From: Acidimicrobiales bacterium
Lineage (GTDB): Bacteria; Actinomycetota; Acidimicrobiia; Acidimicrobiales; VFJN01
Direction of reading: 5' to 3'
NCBI GenBank assembly: GCA_036275535.1
Contig: DASUDP010000124.1
Location: 20,625 to 84,624, forward strand
DNA: 64,000 nt
Positions 61,145-64,000 of this stretch are shown here, piece after piece. Both the position numbers and the translations under genes were made by a program. How positions within the stretch are numbered: the first letter of the stretch is position 1; every line of letters begins with the position of its first letter. The notes beneath the pieces are model-generated. The model ran no database searches. It had not been told where the DNA came from and saw nothing but the letters and a program-made list of their open reading frames with translations.

Positions 61145-62092
61145 ATGGCGAAGCGGGTGCTGGCGGTGATCGGAGCGGTGGCGCTCGTGCTGGTGGCCAT
61201 CGTCGTCCGCAGCGCCCTCGACGACGGCGACACCACCCCGGGCCGTGACGACCGCCCGAGCGACGGCCAGCTGGTGGCGGTCTGCGACACGGACTTCGCC
61301 GACCAGTGCCGAGCCCTCGACGGCGCCGCCGTGCGGGTGGAGCCGTCGGCCACGACGAGCGCCGCCATCGTCGACGGCACAGCCGAGGACATCGACGTGT
61401 GGGTCACGACGAGCGCCTGGGTCGAGCTCACCGCGGCCCGCGTCGCCAGCCACGAGGGGTCGATCCCGCTCGGCTCGGTCCAGCCCCTCGCCATCGGCGA
61501 CGTCGCCCTCGGCGTGGTGGCCGGCCGGGCCGACGCGCTGCAGGGGCTCTGCGGGGGGCAGCCCTCCTGGCGCTGCCTGGGGGACAACGCCGGCCGGCCG
61601 TGGGCCGACGTGGGCGGGCAGCCCACCTGGGGGGCCGTGCGGACCGGCCTGCCCGATGCCGACACCGCGGTCGGCCTGGAGGTCCTGGCCTCCGTGGCAG
61701 CGGGGTACTTCGGCAGCACGACCTTCGCGGCCAACGACTTCGCCCCCGAGGCGTTCGACGGCTGGCTGGCCCGGCTCGCCGCGCCCTCGGGCGCCGGCGA
61801 CCGCGACCTGCTGGCCACGCTCGTGCGCCGCCAGGGCACCTACGACGCCGGCGGGGTGCTCGCCCACGAGGCGGCACCGCGCGTCGAGCTGGTCACGGTG
61901 TCGCTCCAACCCTCCGTGCCGGTGCGGGTCGTGGCGGTCCAGCGCGGCGGCGACGGGCTCGGCGACGGCGGTGCGCTCCGGGCCGCCTTCGTCGACGCCG
62001 GCTGGACGCCGGGTGGCGGCGAGCCGGCCGAGCTGCTCGGCCCGGGGGTCATGGGGGCCCTCCACGACCTCTGGAAGGATGTGACGCGATGA
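61145..62092 (+). CDS. Membrane-anchored protein with periplasmic-binding-protein-like layout, hypothetical
   Basis: ATG 61145 lies 4 nt after the AAA+ stop. N-terminal helix VLAVIGAVALVLVAIVV. The rest resembles the N-terminal half of the next gene product (WV.TS.W..., ...PL..G.VALGVV..RADAL, ...W..VRTGLPDADTAVGLEVLASVAAGY). The resemblance was judged by eye. Confidence 0.55.
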   Translation: MAKRVLAVIGAVALVLVAIVVRSALDDGDTTPGRDDRPSDGQLVAVCDTDFADQCRALDGAAVRVEPSATTSAAIVDGTAEDIDVWVTTSAWVELTAARVASHEGSIPLGSVQPLAIGDVALGVVAGRADALQGLCGGQPSWRCLGDNAGRPWADVGGQPTWGAVRTGLPDADTAVGLEVLASVAAGYFGSTTFAANDFAPEAFDGWLARLAAPSGAGDRDLLATLVRRQGTYDAGGVLAHEAAPRVELVTVSLQPSVPVRVVAVQRGGDGLGDGGALRAAFVDAGWTPGGGEPAELLGPGVMGALHDLWKDVTR

Positions 62093-63948
62093 CTCGCCCC
62101 CCGAGGACCCCGCGGTTGCGGCGGCGGCTGCTGGCGGTCCTGCTGGCCGGTCTGCTGGCGGCCGGCTGCGTCGAGTCCGCGTCGGACTCCGACGCCGCCG
62201 ACCCCGACCAGAGCGGCGGCAACGTCGACGATAACCCGGGCGACTGCGCCGTCGTCGACCTCTCGGTGTCGTCCGAGAAGATCCAGCTGCTCACCGAGCT
62301 GGCCCGCGACTTCAACCGCAGCGACGAGGCCAAGATCGGCGACCGGTGCGTGTTCGCCCGCGTCCAGGGCAAGGCCTCCGGCGGCGCCGCCCAGCTCCTC
62401 GCCACCGGCTGGGACGAGGAGACCGAGGGCCCCCGACCCGTCATCTGGTCGCCTGCCGCCTCCAGCTGGGGGGCGGTGCTGAACCAGCGCTTGGCCGACG
62501 AGGGCGAGCCCGCCATGGCCGGCGACTTCACCTCGTTCATGCTCACCCCCCTCGTCATCGCCATGCCCGCCGCCATGGCCGACGCGCTGGGCTGGCCCGA
62601 GAACCCGCTCGGCTACGCCGACATCCTCGCCCTGGCCCAGGACGAGCAGGGCTGGGCCAGCTACGGCCACCCGGAGTGGGGCCAGTTCCGGCTGGGCAAG
62701 ACCAACCCGAACTTCTCCACGAGCGGGCTGTCGGCCCTGGTGGCCCAGGCCTACGCCGCCAACGGCAAGACGGCCGGCCTGTCCATCGAGGACCTCCAGA
62801 AGCCTTCGACCGCCCAGTTCGCGGAGGGCGTCGAGTCCGCTGTCGTCCACTACGGCGACATCACGATGACCTTCATGAACAACTGGTTCCGGGCCGACCA
62901 GCGGGGCAACCCGTACGGCTACGTGTCGGCCGTCGCCGTCGAGGAGAAGACGGTCATCGACTACAACCGCGGCGATCCCGACGGCATCCTCCAGGAGGGC
63001 GAGCAGCCCCGTCCGCCCCGGGTGCCACTCGTGGCGATCTACCCCGAAGAGGGGACGCTGTACTCGGACAACCCGCTCTACGTGCTCGACGCCCCGTGGG
63101 TCGACGCCGTGGAGAAGGAGGGGGCCGAGCGCTTCGTGGACTTCGTCCAGGAGCCCGCCAACCAGGCCAAGGTCCTCGAGTTCGGCTTCCGGCCCGGCAA
63201 CCTCGACGTCGCCATCGACGACCCGATCAGCGCCGCCAACGGGGTCGACCCCGACCAGCCCCAGACGCTCCTCGAGGTGCCGGAGCCGGCGGTGCTGGCT
63301 CGCCTCCTCGACGATTGGGAGGACCAGCGCAAGCCGGCCCGGGTCCTGCTCGTCATGGACGTGTCGGGCTCGATGGGCGACCCCGCCGACCCGTCGACCG
63401 GCGCCACCAAGCTCGATCTGGCCAAGGAGGCCACGATCACCGCCCTCGACGACTTCAACGACGACGACGAGGTCGGGCTGTGGGTGTTCACCACAGGCCT
63501 CGGCTCCGACCAGACGGCGGACTACGCCCCGCTCATCGAGCCGGCTCGCGTGGGCGACGTGCGGGAGGAGCTGAAGAACCGCATCCGAGACCTCGTGCCC
63601 CTCAACGGGACGCCCCTCTACCTGGCCGCCGAAGCCGCCTACGAGCAGCAGCTGTCGACCTACGACCCCTCCCGCATCAACGCCGTGGTGCTCCTCACCG
63701 ACGGCATGAACGACGACGGGGACACCGACGACGACGACGAGCAGCTGCGGGACCTCCTCGATGCGCTGTCCGCGGAGTCCGAGGGCCAACAGAGCCGCCC
63801 GGTGCGCGTCTTCCCCATCTCCTACGGCCAGGGCGCCGACCTCACGACCCTGCGCCGGATCGCGGAGGCCAGCCAGGCCGCCGTGTACGACTCCACCGAC
63901 CCCCGCAGCATCACCAAGGTCTTCGTGGCCGTGGTCAGCAACTTCTGA
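62089..63948 (+). CDS. Lipoprotein with substrate-binding-protein-like N-domain fused to a C-terminal VWA domain
   Basis: ATGA overlap with the upstream gene. Signal peptide and lipobox LLAGLLAAGC. SBP-like region (VIWSPAASSW..., FRLGKTNPNFSTSGLSALV). VWA region with MIDAS VLLVMDVSGSMGD, then LNGTPLY and VVLLTDGMNDDG. Confidence 0.75.
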   Translation: MTRPPRTPRLRRRLLAVLLAGLLAAGCVESASDSDAADPDQSGGNVDDNPGDCAVVDLSVSSEKIQLLTELARDFNRSDEAKIGDRCVFARVQGKASGGAAQLLATGWDEETEGPRPVIWSPAASSWGAVLNQRLADEGEPAMAGDFTSFMLTPLVIAMPAAMADALGWPENPLGYADILALAQDEQGWASYGHPEWGQFRLGKTNPNFSTSGLSALVAQAYAANGKTAGLSIEDLQKPSTAQFAEGVESAVVHYGDITMTFMNNWFRADQRGNPYGYVSAVAVEEKTVIDYNRGDPDGILQEGEQPRPPRVPLVAIYPEEGTLYSDNPLYVLDAPWVDAVEKEGAERFVDFVQEPANQAKVLEFGFRPGNLDVAIDDPISAANGVDPDQPQTLLEVPEPAVLARLLDDWEDQRKPARVLLVMDVSGSMGDPADPSTGATKLDLAKEATITALDDFNDDDEVGLWVFTTGLGSDQTADYAPLIEPARVGDVREELKNRIRDLVPLNGTPLYLAAEAAYEQQLSTYDPSRINAVVLLTDGMNDDGDTDDDDEQLRDLLDALSAESEGQQSRPVRVFPISYGQGADLTTLRRIAEASQAAVYDSTDPRSITKVFVAVVSNF

Positions 63949-64000
63949 GCATGTCGGCCGTCGTCGGTGCGCCGGGGCTCCTGCCCTAGCCTCGGCGCCA

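Noticed and set aside
1-64000. CRISPR arrays, rRNA genes, IS elements/transposases, toxin-antitoxin pairs, reverse transcriptases and riboswitch-sized leaders.
   Set aside because: Reading the sequence and ORF track turned up no regularly spaced direct repeats and no transposase or integrase motifs. No intergenic region is both long and structured enough to call a riboswitch. Short or degenerate elements cannot be excluded without computation.

Overview
Densely coding, very high-G+C segment of an actinobacterial-type chromosome. Gene calls rest on motifs read by eye in the ORF track; no alignments or searches were run. Many genes are joined by 1-4 nt start/stop overlaps (ATGA, GTGA). Most of the window is housekeeping: AdnB/AddA-like helicase-nuclease (5' partial), dinG-like helicase, era-CBS/CorC-ybeY-phoH, hemW, hrcA-dnaJ-rsmE behind a CIRCE operator, lepA, rpsT, holA, folP-like, comEC/comEA, leuS, tRNA-Ala(GGC), rsfS, nadD, a group-2-like sigma factor, class II DAHP synthase, sirA-cysH and proA. 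The strongest finding is a 357-codon intein in phoH (nt 11115-12185, minus strand). It has two LAGLIDADG motifs and the Ala1/Trp/Cys/Thr signature of class 3 inteins. Other items worth follow-up: (1) a nine-gene Tad-like pilus/secretion locus (13891-20676) with a divergent excisionase-type HTH gene and no prepilin peptidase in the window, abutted by a degenerate kinase-like (probable pseudokinase) and LysM membrane gene pair; (2) an operon of a CbxX/SpoVK-type AAA+ ATPase, a membrane-anchored SBP-like protein and an SBP-VWA lipoprotein, next to a MoxR/CoxE-like VWA pair; (3) back-to-back photolyase and APH-like kinase pseudogenes beside an alkyltransferase-like (PWWRV) gene; (4) a 60-codon uORF that spans a terminator and ends on the aroG start codon; (5) a frameshifted Cys-Cys-Gly-Gly-terminated small ORF upstream of a sulfotransferase; (6) promoter/operator-like sites upstream of sirA-cysH and of an XRE regulator. 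I saw no CRISPR array, rRNA, transposase or integrase. The long Arg/Gly/Pro/Ala-rich ORFs overlapping recognisable genes are treated as frame shadows.
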